Below are positions 12,118 to 21,255 of a stretch of DNA of 64,000 bases, piece after piece. Positions within the stretch are counted from its first letter, which is position 1. Every line of letters begins with the position of its first letter. The stretch is from Candidatus Hydrogenedentota bacterium (GTDB lineage: Bacteria; Hydrogenedentota; Hydrogenedentia; Hydrogenedentales; SLHB01), in assembly GCA_045863335.1 (NCBI GenBank), contig BTVY01000005.1, positions 136,439 through 200,438 of the forward strand, read 5' to 3'. Under the pieces are notes generated by a model that was not told the DNA's origin, searched no databases, and worked only from the letters and a program-made list of their open reading frames with translations. The position numbers and the translations under genes were made by a program.

Positions 12118-13370
12118 TGGAATTGGTTGCCATAACAGTCGGCGTTCTAGCTTTCGCCGTGCTCTTCCAGGCGCTATTCGCGGGGTACGAAACGGGTTTT
12201 CTTTCGGTCAATCCGCTACGCATTCGGTTCATGGCCGAGGAGGAGCATCAGATTCGCGCGAAACGGATGCTGCGGTACACGAGCAATCCGGACCAGATGC
12301 TGGCGATGCTGCTCATCGGCACCAACGTGGGCACGGTGATGGGGACGATCGCGGTCACGCGCGGTTTTGGCGAACTTGCGGCCGTCTTGATTGCGACGCC
12401 GGTCTTTCTCCTGTTCGCGGAGGTGATCCCGAAAAGTATCTTCCGGCAGGTTCCGAACCGGCTCACGCTGGCGCTGCTGCCCGTTATTGAGTTCTTTTAC
12501 TGGGTGTTCGCGCCGCTTGCGTGGCCCTTGGCGAAACTCAGCAAGCTCATGTTCCGCTTTGCGGCCGACCATCAGGAACATCATCTGAGCCCCCTTATGT
12601 CCACGCGGGAGGACATGCGGGTTCTTGTGGATGAGAGCGCGGACCACGGCACGATCGAACCCGAAGAACAGCGCATGATCCATTCGGTAATCAACTTGCA
12701 GGCCACCCAGGCGAAAGAGATCATGGTGCCGCGCATCGACATCCAGGCTCTTCCTGAAACGGCGACGCGCGCGGAACTGCTCACCCTCCTCGAGCAATCC
12801 GGCCGGACGCGCATCCCCGTGTATCGCGAAACCATCGACGAGGTGATCGGGGTTGTCAGCGCACACGATGTGCTGCTCGATGCCGATCCCGCCACGGACG
12901 ACATTCGCCCGTACATTCGCGACGTGATGCACGTGCCCGACACCATCAAGGTGGATGACCTGTTCGCCCAAATGAAGCGCGACAAACAGTACATGACCAT
13001 CGTAACCGATGAGTACGGCGGTACGGACGGCCTCATCACGCTGGAGGATATCCTCGAGGAGATTTTCGGCGACATTCAGGATGAGCACGATGTTGAAGAG
13101 AAGCAGATTCAGATGGTCGGACCGAATGCCTTCGTCATCGACGCGCGGACCTACCTCGAAGATGTGTCTGAAGCCATCGGCGCACCCATCCAGGATGAGG
13201 AAGTGGAAACGGTGGGGGGCTGGCTGATGCGCGTCGCCGGGCGGATCCCGTACCAGGGCGAAGTCATCGTCTACGACCGATTTCGCGTTACCGTGCTGGA
13301 CGGGGGCGTCAACAGCATCGTGAAAGTCCGGTTGGAAATTCTGCCCGCAAGCGAGGAACAGCATGGCTAA
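12114..13370 (+). CDS. CNNM/DUF21-CBS-CorC hemolysin-family protein, copy 2
   Basis: LLIGTN, AEVIPKS, TRIPVY, DEYGGTDGLITLEDILEEIFGDIQDE and ETVGGW. Confidence 0.9.
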   Translation: MMELVAITVGVLAFAVLFQALFAGYETGFLSVNPLRIRFMAEEEHQIRAKRMLRYTSNPDQMLAMLLIGTNVGTVMGTIAVTRGFGELAAVLIATPVFLLFAEVIPKSIFRQVPNRLTLALLPVIEFFYWVFAPLAWPLAKLSKLMFRFAADHQEHHLSPLMSTREDMRVLVDESADHGTIEPEEQRMIHSVINLQATQAKEIMVPRIDIQALPETATRAELLTLLEQSGRTRIPVYRETIDEVIGVVSAHDVLLDADPATDDIRPYIRDVMHVPDTIKVDDLFAQMKRDKQYMTIVTDEYGGTDGLITLEDILEEIFGDIQDEHDVEEKQIQMVGPNAFVIDARTYLEDVSEAIGAPIQDEEVETVGGWLMRVAGRIPYQGEVIVYDRFRVTVLDGGVNSIVKVRLEILPASEEQHG

Positions 13371-14109
13371 GTCGAACGATCGGGTCCCGGCTCGGGGGGT
13401 TGGCCAGTGGCTCCAGCAGGCTTGGAACCAAGTCTGGAAGTATATGGTGAGCGGATTGCTCGTGTGGATTCCGCTGATCATCTCCGTGTGGGTGGCGTGG
13501 CTGGTGTTCGACAAATTGGTCTTCGGCATGGAGCGGCTCGTCCGGGGACTGTTCGGCATGTTCCATGACTGGGGAGGCCGTTATCCGCGCTTCGATTTCC
13601 TGTCCGACTGGCAATACCAGGATGGTACCGGGTTTGCTCTGGCCCTGGCGCTCTTTCTCGGTACCGGGGTGCTTGCGCGGTATATTGTCGGGCGCAAGAT
13701 TATCAACTACGGGGAACGCATTCTCCAGCGTATCCCGTTCATCAGCCGCGTGTATCGCGCGGTGCAACAGATTCGGGACGTATTCATTACGCGCGAAGGC
13801 GCGGTATTCCAGAAGGTGTGCATGGTCGACTATCCCCGCAAAGGTATGGCGGCCGTGGCATTCGTGACGTCCCGCGAACATGGGGTCGTGCAAGAGGTCT
13901 TGGGCAAGCCGGATTATGTCGCCGTGTTCATTCCCACCACACCAAACCCAACCTCCGGATTTCTCGTCTATTTGCCCGAATCGGAGATTACGGTGTTAGA
14001 TATCAGTGTCGAAGAAGCCATGAAACTGATCATTTCCGGGGGCGCCTATATTCCCGGCAATCGCTCCATCGAGGATGACAGTGGCCGGGAAGCCGAGGAA
14101 TCCGCGTAG
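13363..14109 (+). CDS. DUF502 family membrane protein
   Basis: RIPFISRVY, FQKVCMVDYP, VFIPTTPNPTSGFL and SVEEAMKLIISGG. Confidence 0.9.
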   Translation: MAKSNDRVPARGVGQWLQQAWNQVWKYMVSGLLVWIPLIISVWVAWLVFDKLVFGMERLVRGLFGMFHDWGGRYPRFDFLSDWQYQDGTGFALALALFLGTGVLARYIVGRKIINYGERILQRIPFISRVYRAVQQIRDVFITREGAVFQKVCMVDYPRKGMAAVAFVTSREHGVVQEVLGKPDYVAVFIPTTPNPTSGFLVYLPESEITVLDISVEEAMKLIISGGAYIPGNRSIEDDSGREAEESA

Positions 14110-14158
14110 ATCGTTTGCCCGAGCATTCCGGCGGGGGACTTGGAAAGGGATCGGAGCC

Positions 14159-15379
14159 ATGTCGAAGGGGACAGGGGTTCTACTGGCGGCGTTGATTCTG
14201 CTTCTTGCCGTCCAAACTTGGCGCCTCCACGAGGTAAAGCGTGACTCCAGTGTGACGGCCTTAGCGGGCGATGCGGCCCAACCCGGCGGACGGTTTCCCG
14301 CAGAGCCCGGCGCGCCTGCCGATTCGGGTACGAATGCCATCCGGTCGCCAGCACGGCCCGTTGCTGCCGAAGTTGAGACCAAGCACTCCGTGTTACCGCC
14401 GGCTGGCGATGTCCCCAAAGATGTACTGACGGCCTTGCGGGAGTTCGCACAGCGCAGTGAGGTGAAACCAGCGGGGAATAGCGCCGCCAAGTCCGGCAGG
14501 GAAGGAACGCGCGGTCGCGCGGAAACAGACAGCCGCAACGCCAGCGATTCCACCAAGCGCGCGGCGAACGGCGCTGCCGGGCCGGAGAAAGCAGCCCTTC
14601 GCGAGGGGATCGCGCGAGCCCGGGCTGCGGCGCGAAATGGAGATTATGATAAGGCCATTGCGCTGCTGACCGGCCTCATCGATTCGACCGCGGACAGTGG
14701 GCCGGCCTACCAAGCCCTGGCCCGCACGTACCGGGACCTGGGCATGCCGGATGAAGCGCTGGCGGTGCTGCAGGAATGGTCCAGCGCACATCCCGACGCC
14801 GCAGCCGCTCATCTGGAGATGGCGAACACGTATGAGGCATTGGGGCTGAACGCCGAAGCGCTGGCAGAGCTACAGGCCTACGAGAACCTCTCCGGCGGAT
14901 CGGCGGACAGCTATTCGGAGCTTGCCGCCATGTACCGGCGCCTCGGCCTGACGGCGGAAGAGGCGCAGGCGCTCGCCGCCTGGAACGACGCGAGCCCCGG
15001 ATCGCCTCAGGCCATGCGCGCCATGGCCGACTACTACCGGCGCAACGGCGATTACGGAAACGCCATCCTTCAGTATCAGGGCGTGTTGGAGGCCGAACCC
15101 GGAAACATCGCCGCGCGGACCAACCTGGCGCAGACGTATCAGCAGATGGGCCAGTACGGGGCCGCGCAGGCTGAATACATTGCGGCATTGGAACTCACGC
15201 CTGGAGATGCCAACCTGTGGATGCGCCTGGGGGATTCGTATCGCCAGTCCGGCAATATCGCGTCAGCGATTGGCAGCTACCAGAGTGTGGTTTCGCTGGA
15301 ACCAGGTTCGTCGTCGGCGCTTCGCGCGAGCCGGCAGATCGTGCGCCTGGAACGGCAGCTCACGGCGCAGAAATCGTAG
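14159..15379 (+). CDS. Membrane-anchored TPR protein
   Basis: N-terminal TM, low-complexity linker, then about 6 TPR repeats (e.g. ARTNLAQTYQQMGQYGAA, LWMRLGDSYRQSG). Confidence 0.8.
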   Translation: MSKGTGVLLAALILLLAVQTWRLHEVKRDSSVTALAGDAAQPGGRFPAEPGAPADSGTNAIRSPARPVAAEVETKHSVLPPAGDVPKDVLTALREFAQRSEVKPAGNSAAKSGREGTRGRAETDSRNASDSTKRAANGAAGPEKAALREGIARARAAARNGDYDKAIALLTGLIDSTADSGPAYQALARTYRDLGMPDEALAVLQEWSSAHPDAAAAHLEMANTYEALGLNAEALAELQAYENLSGGSADSYSELAAMYRRLGLTAEEAQALAAWNDASPGSPQAMRAMADYYRRNGDYGNAILQYQGVLEAEPGNIAARTNLAQTYQQMGQYGAAQAEYIAALELTPGDANLWMRLGDSYRQSGNIASAIGSYQSVVSLEPGSSSALRASRQIVRLERQLTAQKS

Positions 15380-15466
15380 CAAATCACAACGTACCAAATA
15401 GTTACGACTTCTGGTGCTCTTGCCGCTCCAACCCGTTTCTCCCTTTGCTCACTGTCAAGAGTCTAT

Positions 15467-15493
15467 TAAAGGCCCGTAGCAATCTGCCGATAA
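15467..15493 (+). promoter_or_regulatory. Sigma-28 (FliA/SigD) promoter
   Basis: TAAA-ggcccgtagcaatct (15 nt)-GCCGATAA is an exact match to the sigma-28 consensus, 55 bp upstream of flgM. Confidence 0.88.
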
Positions 15494-15548
15494 AGATAAG
15501 GCAGGCATGGATGCCTGTGATGGTTCGATGTGCTAAGGAGAGCAAATC

Positions 15549-15866
15549 ATGGTTGGCATCTACGGGATTACCGGATTACCCGAGCAGCCGGCCACCACTC
15601 CTTCGGAGCCGGCGCGCGGAAGGCGGCCGCAGAGTCTGTCGGGCGAATCAGGACAGCAGGGCGCGGATCAGATCACGTTCAGTTCTGAAGCCCAGGAAGC
15701 TTCTGCCGCTGCGAAGTTTATCGAAGCCGCGAAAGAGCGGTCGGAAGAGATCCGGGCGGAACGGATCGAACAGGCCCGAAAGCAACTGGAAGAAGGCACC
15801 TACCGGCTTCAACAGGTTGTGCTTGTTGTAGCGGCACGCGTTGCCAACTACATTGGGGACGCGTAA
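15549..15866 (+). CDS. flgM: Anti-sigma-28 factor FlgM
   Basis: 105 aa; DQITFSSEA...IRAERIEQARKQLEEGTY fits the FlgM pattern; AAGGAG RBS; sigma-28 promoter upstream. Confidence 0.8.
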   Translation: MVGIYGITGLPEQPATTPSEPARGRRPQSLSGESGQQGADQITFSSEAQEASAAAKFIEAAKERSEEIRAERIEQARKQLEEGTYRLQQVVLVVAARVANYIGDA

Positions 15867-15953
15867 CCCTCTATACCCAGGACCTTCGACTCGGCTGGGA
15901 CCGGGCTGAAAGTTCGCTCTAGGGGTTTGACCGGCGTTTTGTGACTGAAAGAA

Positions 15954-15981
15954 GAAGCCCCGCGCAAACGCGCGGGGCTTC
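15954..15981. terminator. Intrinsic terminator hairpin between convergent flgM and M4 peptidase
   Basis: GAAGCCCCGCG-caaa-CGCGCGGGGCTTC stem-loop, followed by TTCTTTC on the minus strand. Confidence 0.7.
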
Positions 15982-16005
15982 GTGCTGTCTACGATTTGGC
16001 GGGAC

Positions 16006-19000
16006 CTAATCGCCGCCGATGAGAATCGTGTTTACGATAACCTGTACGTCCGATACGTCAGTACTGCCGTCGCTGTTTACATCGCCGTCGATTGCCTCGG
16101 GCTGCATCCCCAAGATTTTCCCTACCACAACTTGCAGGTCGGCACTGTTCACTTTGCCGTCCTTGTTGGCGTCGGTCTTCAAATCCGGCAGGATCGTGAC
16201 GTGCTCCGTTTGCACGGGCGTGCCGCGAAGGTAGATGGGAGTGCCGTAATAGTCAAAGCCGGCCCGGACCGTGGTGGGCATGACGACGCAATGCCAAGTT
16301 TCGCCAACCTGTGTCGCGCCGGGTGGCACCATCGATACGTTGTTAAAGGCTGGGATCAGGGCTCCATTCTTGAACCACATAATCGCGGTGGGCCCTTCGG
16401 GCAGCGACGGATGGGAGTAACTGTAGCTCAAGATGAGCGAATCGGCGTCGCGCGGCTCTGCGGGAGTAAGCAGGACGTTGCTCGCCACCGGCGCCGCGGA
16501 AGACTCCGACAACCAGATGCTGACCAGTTGGCACGCGTCCACACCGCCGGCCGTAGCACAAACGATGAAGCTGTAGATGTTGTCCGAAAATCCAGTCGAA
16601 TCCCAGGAGAACTCGCCCGTCGCCGGGTTTATAGTGGCCCCGGCGGGTGCGCCCTCCAACGAATACGTCGGCGCGCCAATGTTCGAAAGCGCTTGTGCCG
16701 TAAACTCCACCGTACTTCCCGTAGTGGCGAATACGATTGGTATGGGCAGCAACTCGAGATCGACAGGACCCGACAGACTGGTAAAGTCGGTCTGGAGTAC
16801 GCTTGCGGGCAGGTTGTTGCCGATTACGTCGGCGGGATCGAGGGGAACTCCGTTGCCGTCCGACAACCCGACTACTGCCCGTTTTGCGTTGAGGCCGAGG
16901 TAGGTACAGCGGATGGTGCCGTTGTAGAAGAGTTCGACCTGCACCGTGTTCGCGACGGAAGCGCCGGGAATGGCCACATCCGAAAAGGCTGGTACATCTT
17001 CGAACGTTACGACCATCCGATCGGAAAGGAAACGGCCCCAGACTAACCCGCCGCTGCCGGGATCGAGGTCGCTGAAGAGGAACGAGATTCGGCGTTTGCC
17101 AAAGTGGTTCTCCAAGGTCGGCGTCGAATCCATGGGATCCGCGTACGTCCCCGGTGCGATAGGCGATATAAACCCGTTTGCGGAAAGATACAAGGTGTTA
17201 TAGAACCCCCCGAAGAACGGGAATGGCACGTCGGGAGCGAACGCGATATAGGACTCGTCCGCCAGCGGTAACTTGATAATGTCTTCTTTCGGCACGGGCA
17301 GGGTGCCGTCGAAATCCGGGGCAACCTTCGCGCCCGATCCATCGCTTACGGTAGGCGTGTAGTTGGAATGGTTGACGTAGTATTCCGGGAATCCCGAATC
17401 GGCGGCGTCGCTGTAGTTGACTGCGGGAACGAAGGTTATCTGATGGCTTGCCAAGTCGACACCGTTCGAGAAGGCCTCACTCGAGTAATCCACATCCTGT
17501 CCCACCACGACGCGGGCGATGAGGGGCAGGTTCGCGCCGAAGGAATTGGCGCGCGGATAGAGGCCGTAGTACAGGACCGTTCCCGCCGCGTGAGGTCCGT
17601 CCACGTAGCTCTCTTCACCACCCGTCAAGCTGGCGACGGGTGTGCCGTCGTTTGGAACTATCGGATTGGGGAACCGGTCCGTGCGGCGGACGATGTCCAC
17701 CCCGGTAAACGGCGTGAAGCCTTCGGGGTTTTGCCAGGTGAGGGCGACGCTGGTCGAACCGCTCATGCCGGTCGCGCGGAAGTGGCGAAGGAAGGGGCCC
17801 TCTTCCGTGATGATTTCAGTTGCGTACAAAGCGCCCTGGATGTTGTCAATCTCGCCTTGCGTGAAACCGAGGTTGGACGCTGCCTGGAGCAACATGTCTC
17901 CCAAAGTCGGGTAGTCGCTGGCAGGGGTCAGCAGGTTCGTCTGGCACTCATAGAACAGATCCGCGACCTTCGAAATCCCCATCCCAGCGACGAGGAATCC
18001 GTTGAAAGTATCGCCGTCGGTTAGGAGGTAACACAGCTTGTTTCCCACGCCGGAATTCGTATGCACGCCTGCGTTATCGTCGGTGCCGAAGAACCAGTTC
18101 GGGCCCAAATACCTGTCAGGTTGGCCTCTTACTGGTGGGTCCTTCATGTAGCGCAGATTTTGCAAGAAGCCGGATAAGTCTTCCCCCATCCACCAGCGGA
18201 CTTCAGGCGTGTCTGTACCTTTGCCGTTCGTAAGGTCGATAAACTCGCCCCAAACGTCAGAGAGCGACTCGTTTAGCGCGCCAGACTCACCAAAATAAAT
18301 AAGATCCGATTCAAAATCCGTCACGCCGTGTGTAAGCTCGTGCCCCACCACGTCGTCGGCAACAACGCCTTCGCCGAAGACCATCCTGTTGAAGCCGCCT
18401 CCGATCCAGGCCGCATTCTGCATGGGACAATCAAAAACGTTCTCACACACCCGTACGACACCCTTAAGGATAATCCCGGCATCGTCCAAGCTGTCGCGGC
18501 CGTGTTCGTTGAGGTAGAAGTCGTACGTGTCCTTGAAGTAGTCGTACACTATATCAGCGTCGGCGAGCCCGCTGGGTGGGTCCCCTTCTTGTCTAACAAG
18601 CACTCCGAAGAAATCCCCGACCACGTTATTCGCGTCGAATATCTGACGATTGAGCGCGTTATGGATCAGGGAGTATCTCAACACCAAGCCCCCACCGTGA
18701 GCATCGATCAGCACGCGCTCCACCACTAGCATTCCTGAAGCGCCGCCAAACTGGGAATTCACGATAAGATTCCATACCAGCTTCGTCGTGCCCACGTCGC
18801 CAATTACGCTGGGTTCGTAAATCTCCAGCGTTGGTTCCGTTGCGCTGAAGGTGAGGTCAGGATAGTCGGGTTGTATGTACGCGATGGCTGCCGCTTTGGC
18901 TTCAGCCGGGGCGATGGAAGGGACCAGGTTCAGATTTCCGGAATACAGTTGATTGGAATGGCGGAGAATATCGCTGAACACGCATTCCACGTTTCCATCG

Positions 19001-19428
19001 GCATTCAATTGAACGACCATGCCGCTGCCAAATACGGCCAACCCGTCAAAGGTCTGTTCGAGATGTACATAGGTTCGGCCGTTGCTGGCGCTGATCCGCC
19101 TTGTCCCAAAGCTCAACTTGTCGTTGGGCACGGCAAAGGCGCCGGCATGGTCCAAGACGAACGAACGCGCGGCGGCGTCGACCGTCGCAGCGCTTTTGGC
19201 TGCGGCGCCTGTCTCGAAGGCATTGCCTTGGGGCGCACCCAGGTAGGTGAGGAACCCGCCGGACGTGGTCGTCTGGCGTGGCGCATCAACGGTGTTGGGG
19301 CCTTCAATCGATCCGAGGAGTTCTCGAACGGCCCGCGGATCGGCGTTCTGGCCCGCTGCGGCCAGGGCGATGCAGCACGTCGCGAGAGTGATAGTCAGAC
19401 ACGCCCGAGTAACCCCCATCTTACGCAT
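16006..19428 (-). CDS. Secreted M4 (thermolysin-family) metallopeptidase with propeptide, Ig-like domains and C-terminal dockerin
   Basis: Signal peptide, FTP/PepSY-like propeptide, NAAW, HELTHG, GALNESLSD and GVHTNSG; He_PIG-like GATINPATGEFSW; C-terminal DANKDGKVNSADL...DVNSDGSTDVSDV. Confidence 0.9.
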   Translation of the reverse strand: MRKMGVTRACLTITLATCCIALAAAGQNADPRAVRELLGSIEGPNTVDAPRQTTTSGGFLTYLGAPQGNAFETGAAAKSAATVDAAARSFVLDHAGAFAVPNDKLSFGTRRISASNGRTYVHLEQTFDGLAVFGSGMVVQLNADGNVECVFSDILRHSNQLYSGNLNLVPSIAPAEAKAAAIAYIQPDYPDLTFSATEPTLEIYEPSVIGDVGTTKLVWNLIVNSQFGGASGMLVVERVLIDAHGGGLVLRYSLIHNALNRQIFDANNVVGDFFGVLVRQEGDPPSGLADADIVYDYFKDTYDFYLNEHGRDSLDDAGIILKGVVRVCENVFDCPMQNAAWIGGGFNRMVFGEGVVADDVVGHELTHGVTDFESDLIYFGESGALNESLSDVWGEFIDLTNGKGTDTPEVRWWMGEDLSGFLQNLRYMKDPPVRGQPDRYLGPNWFFGTDDNAGVHTNSGVGNKLCYLLTDGDTFNGFLVAGMGISKVADLFYECQTNLLTPASDYPTLGDMLLQAASNLGFTQGEIDNIQGALYATEIITEEGPFLRHFRATGMSGSTSVALTWQNPEGFTPFTGVDIVRRTDRFPNPIVPNDGTPVASLTGGEESYVDGPHAAGTVLYYGLYPRANSFGANLPLIARVVVGQDVDYSSEAFSNGVDLASHQITFVPAVNYSDAADSGFPEYYVNHSNYTPTVSDGSGAKVAPDFDGTLPVPKEDIIKLPLADESYIAFAPDVPFPFFGGFYNTLYLSANGFISPIAPGTYADPMDSTPTLENHFGKRRISFLFSDLDPGSGGLVWGRFLSDRMVVTFEDVPAFSDVAIPGASVANTVQVELFYNGTIRCTYLGLNAKRAVVGLSDGNGVPLDPADVIGNNLPASVLQTDFTSLSGPVDLELLPIPIVFATTGSTVEFTAQALSNIGAPTYSLEGAPAGATINPATGEFSWDSTGFSDNIYSFIVCATAGGVDACQLVSIWLSESSAAPVASNVLLTPAEPRDADSLILSYSYSHPSLPEGPTAIMWFKNGALIPAFNNVSMVPPGATQVGETWHCVVMPTTVRAGFDYYGTPIYLRGTPVQTEHVTILPDLKTDANKDGKVNSADLQVVVGKILGMQPEAIDGDVNSDGSTDVSDVQVIVNTILIGGD

Positions 19429-19634
19429 TGTTCATTCACTCCATAATCGTTGCCGTTTTCACCCGCATGGAGCGGGAGAAAGCGATCAAGATGCCCGCGG
19501 GAACTTGCTGCCCGCGGACTCAACACGTTATCTCGTGGAACGCTCGTCGTTTGTTGCGAAAAGTGTATGTTAGATTTGGAACGAAACACGCGTGCGTACT
19601 GCCAACCCCAACATGCGTCGTTATTTCATTCCCC

Positions 19635-19664
19635 ACAATACTATTGGGCGCTTCAAGGTGTCAA
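19635..19664 (-). promoter_or_regulatory. Putative sigma-70 promoter for the M4 peptidase
   Basis: Minus strand TTGACA-18 nt-TATTGT in an AT-richer intergenic region. Confidence 0.4.
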
Positions 19665-19731
19665 GCAAATGTTCGGAACGACGCGGCCGAGTCTAGGACA
19701 CAAAACCTAGAAAGATGCGAAATTTGACGAA

Positions 19732-21252
19732 CTATTTGCGCCTAGGCGCCACGACCCGCGCTAGTTCGCGAAGCCGGGTGCATCCGGTCAACTCAAGTGC
19801 CAGCGTCGATCCCGCCAGGAGCACGGCACCCGCGCCGGCAGCGGACAGAATCCCACCCTCCGTAAAGACGCTGGTGGACCGGAAAAGGTGACAGATATAC
19901 CAACAAATACACGCCAGGGCGGAGGCGGCGCCGATGGTTTTCCAGGGCATGATTACGGGCAGCTCGGCGCGAATCGCGCGGAATCCGAGGATGGTCGCCG
20001 CGAGATATCCGATGAAGCTCGCGAGGGCGGCGCCCTGAATGCCGAGGAAATAGATAAGGGGCGGGTCGAGCACCAGGTCCAGCGCGAGCGCGGCGATGAC
20101 GACGATGGCAGCGGCGCGCGCCCGGCCAATCCCGGCGAGGATATGGAGGTTCAGGTAGGCGAGGAAGTAGAAGACGCCGGCGATGGCGAGGATGTTGAAC
20201 GCTTCCGGAGCGTTCATGATCTCCTTGCCGAACAGGAACCGCATGAGCACGTCGGAAAAGGCGGCCATGAGAACGCCGCCGACAATGACCGTGGCGCAGG
20301 CCGCCTCATACATGCGCGAGATGCCATCGGCCAAGAGTTCGCGCTCGTCGCGCACCCACAAGGTGCGGGCCATGGGCAAGAAGCTCAAGCCGGCGGCGGT
20401 CAACAGGCTGTAAATGATCATGGCCGTGGGAAGGGCAATCTGAAATGCGGCCACCTCGAGCAAATCCCCGCGCACGATGGTGATCATGACCGTGTCGAGT
20501 GAAGAAAAGACGGCAATGCCCCCGAAGGCCAGCGAAAGGTACTTGCCGCCGCTGAATGCGCGCTTGACGAGTTCGGGCCGCCAGTGGAACTTGGCTCGAA
20601 GCACTCCGGGAAAGGAAATGGCGAAGCCCAGCGCCTGCACGGCTATTGCGCCGCCGGCGGCGAACAGGTAGGCAAGCGCGGCTCCGCGGACGCCGGACAT
20701 GAGGGATGCCTCGCGGTCGATGGCCTTTCCGGCGAGAAGCAACGCGGCGGACACGCAGACCACGGCGCGGACAATGTCCGCGACGTTTCGCCACACCAGG
20801 GCTTGCATGCCGAGAAAAAACTGTTGTCCGACTTTGAAGACGACGACGCCGGCCGCGTGAAGGGCGAAGATAAGGACGAGGATGCCGAGTTCGGGGTGAG
20901 CCGGGAAATAGTGCTGAAGTCCGGGTATCGCCGCGAGCGCAAGCAATCCGCAACACGCCGCGAAGGCCAATTGGACGAGCATGGATCCAACCGCAACATT
21001 CTTAATGCCAGATGGGTCGTTTTCTTCGCGGAACTGGGTGATGTGGGGAACCAGGCCGGGGTCGAATCCAAAACTCACGATAGGTTGCACCATCATGGCA
21101 AAGGCGTAGACGGAGTAATACAGACCGTACTCCTCGGGCGTCAGGCGATTGTCGTAGAGGACGATGCGGAGGATGTAGAAGAGGGCGCCGGTAATGACCG
21201 TGCTGGCGACGGTGACGGCGGTATGCCATGCGTACTGCCTGCCGTATCCCAT
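19732..21252 (-). CDS. MOP/Wzx-type polysaccharide flippase
   Basis: About 14 TM helices; LTPEEYGLY, DTVMI and LIYFLGIQGAALAS; adjacent to a GT4. Confidence 0.85.
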   Translation of the reverse strand: MGYGRQYAWHTAVTVASTVITGALFYILRIVLYDNRLTPEEYGLYYSVYAFAMMVQPIVSFGFDPGLVPHITQFREENDPSGIKNVAVGSMLVQLAFAACCGLLALAAIPGLQHYFPAHPELGILVLIFALHAAGVVVFKVGQQFFLGMQALVWRNVADIVRAVVCVSAALLLAGKAIDREASLMSGVRGAALAYLFAAGGAIAVQALGFAISFPGVLRAKFHWRPELVKRAFSGGKYLSLAFGGIAVFSSLDTVMITIVRGDLLEVAAFQIALPTAMIIYSLLTAAGLSFLPMARTLWVRDERELLADGISRMYEAACATVIVGGVLMAAFSDVLMRFLFGKEIMNAPEAFNILAIAGVFYFLAYLNLHILAGIGRARAAAIVVIAALALDLVLDPPLIYFLGIQGAALASFIGYLAATILGFRAIRAELPVIMPWKTIGAASALACICWYICHLFRSTSVFTEGGILSAAGAGAVLLAGSTLALELTGCTRLRELARVVAPRRK

Positions 21253-21255
21253 GGA

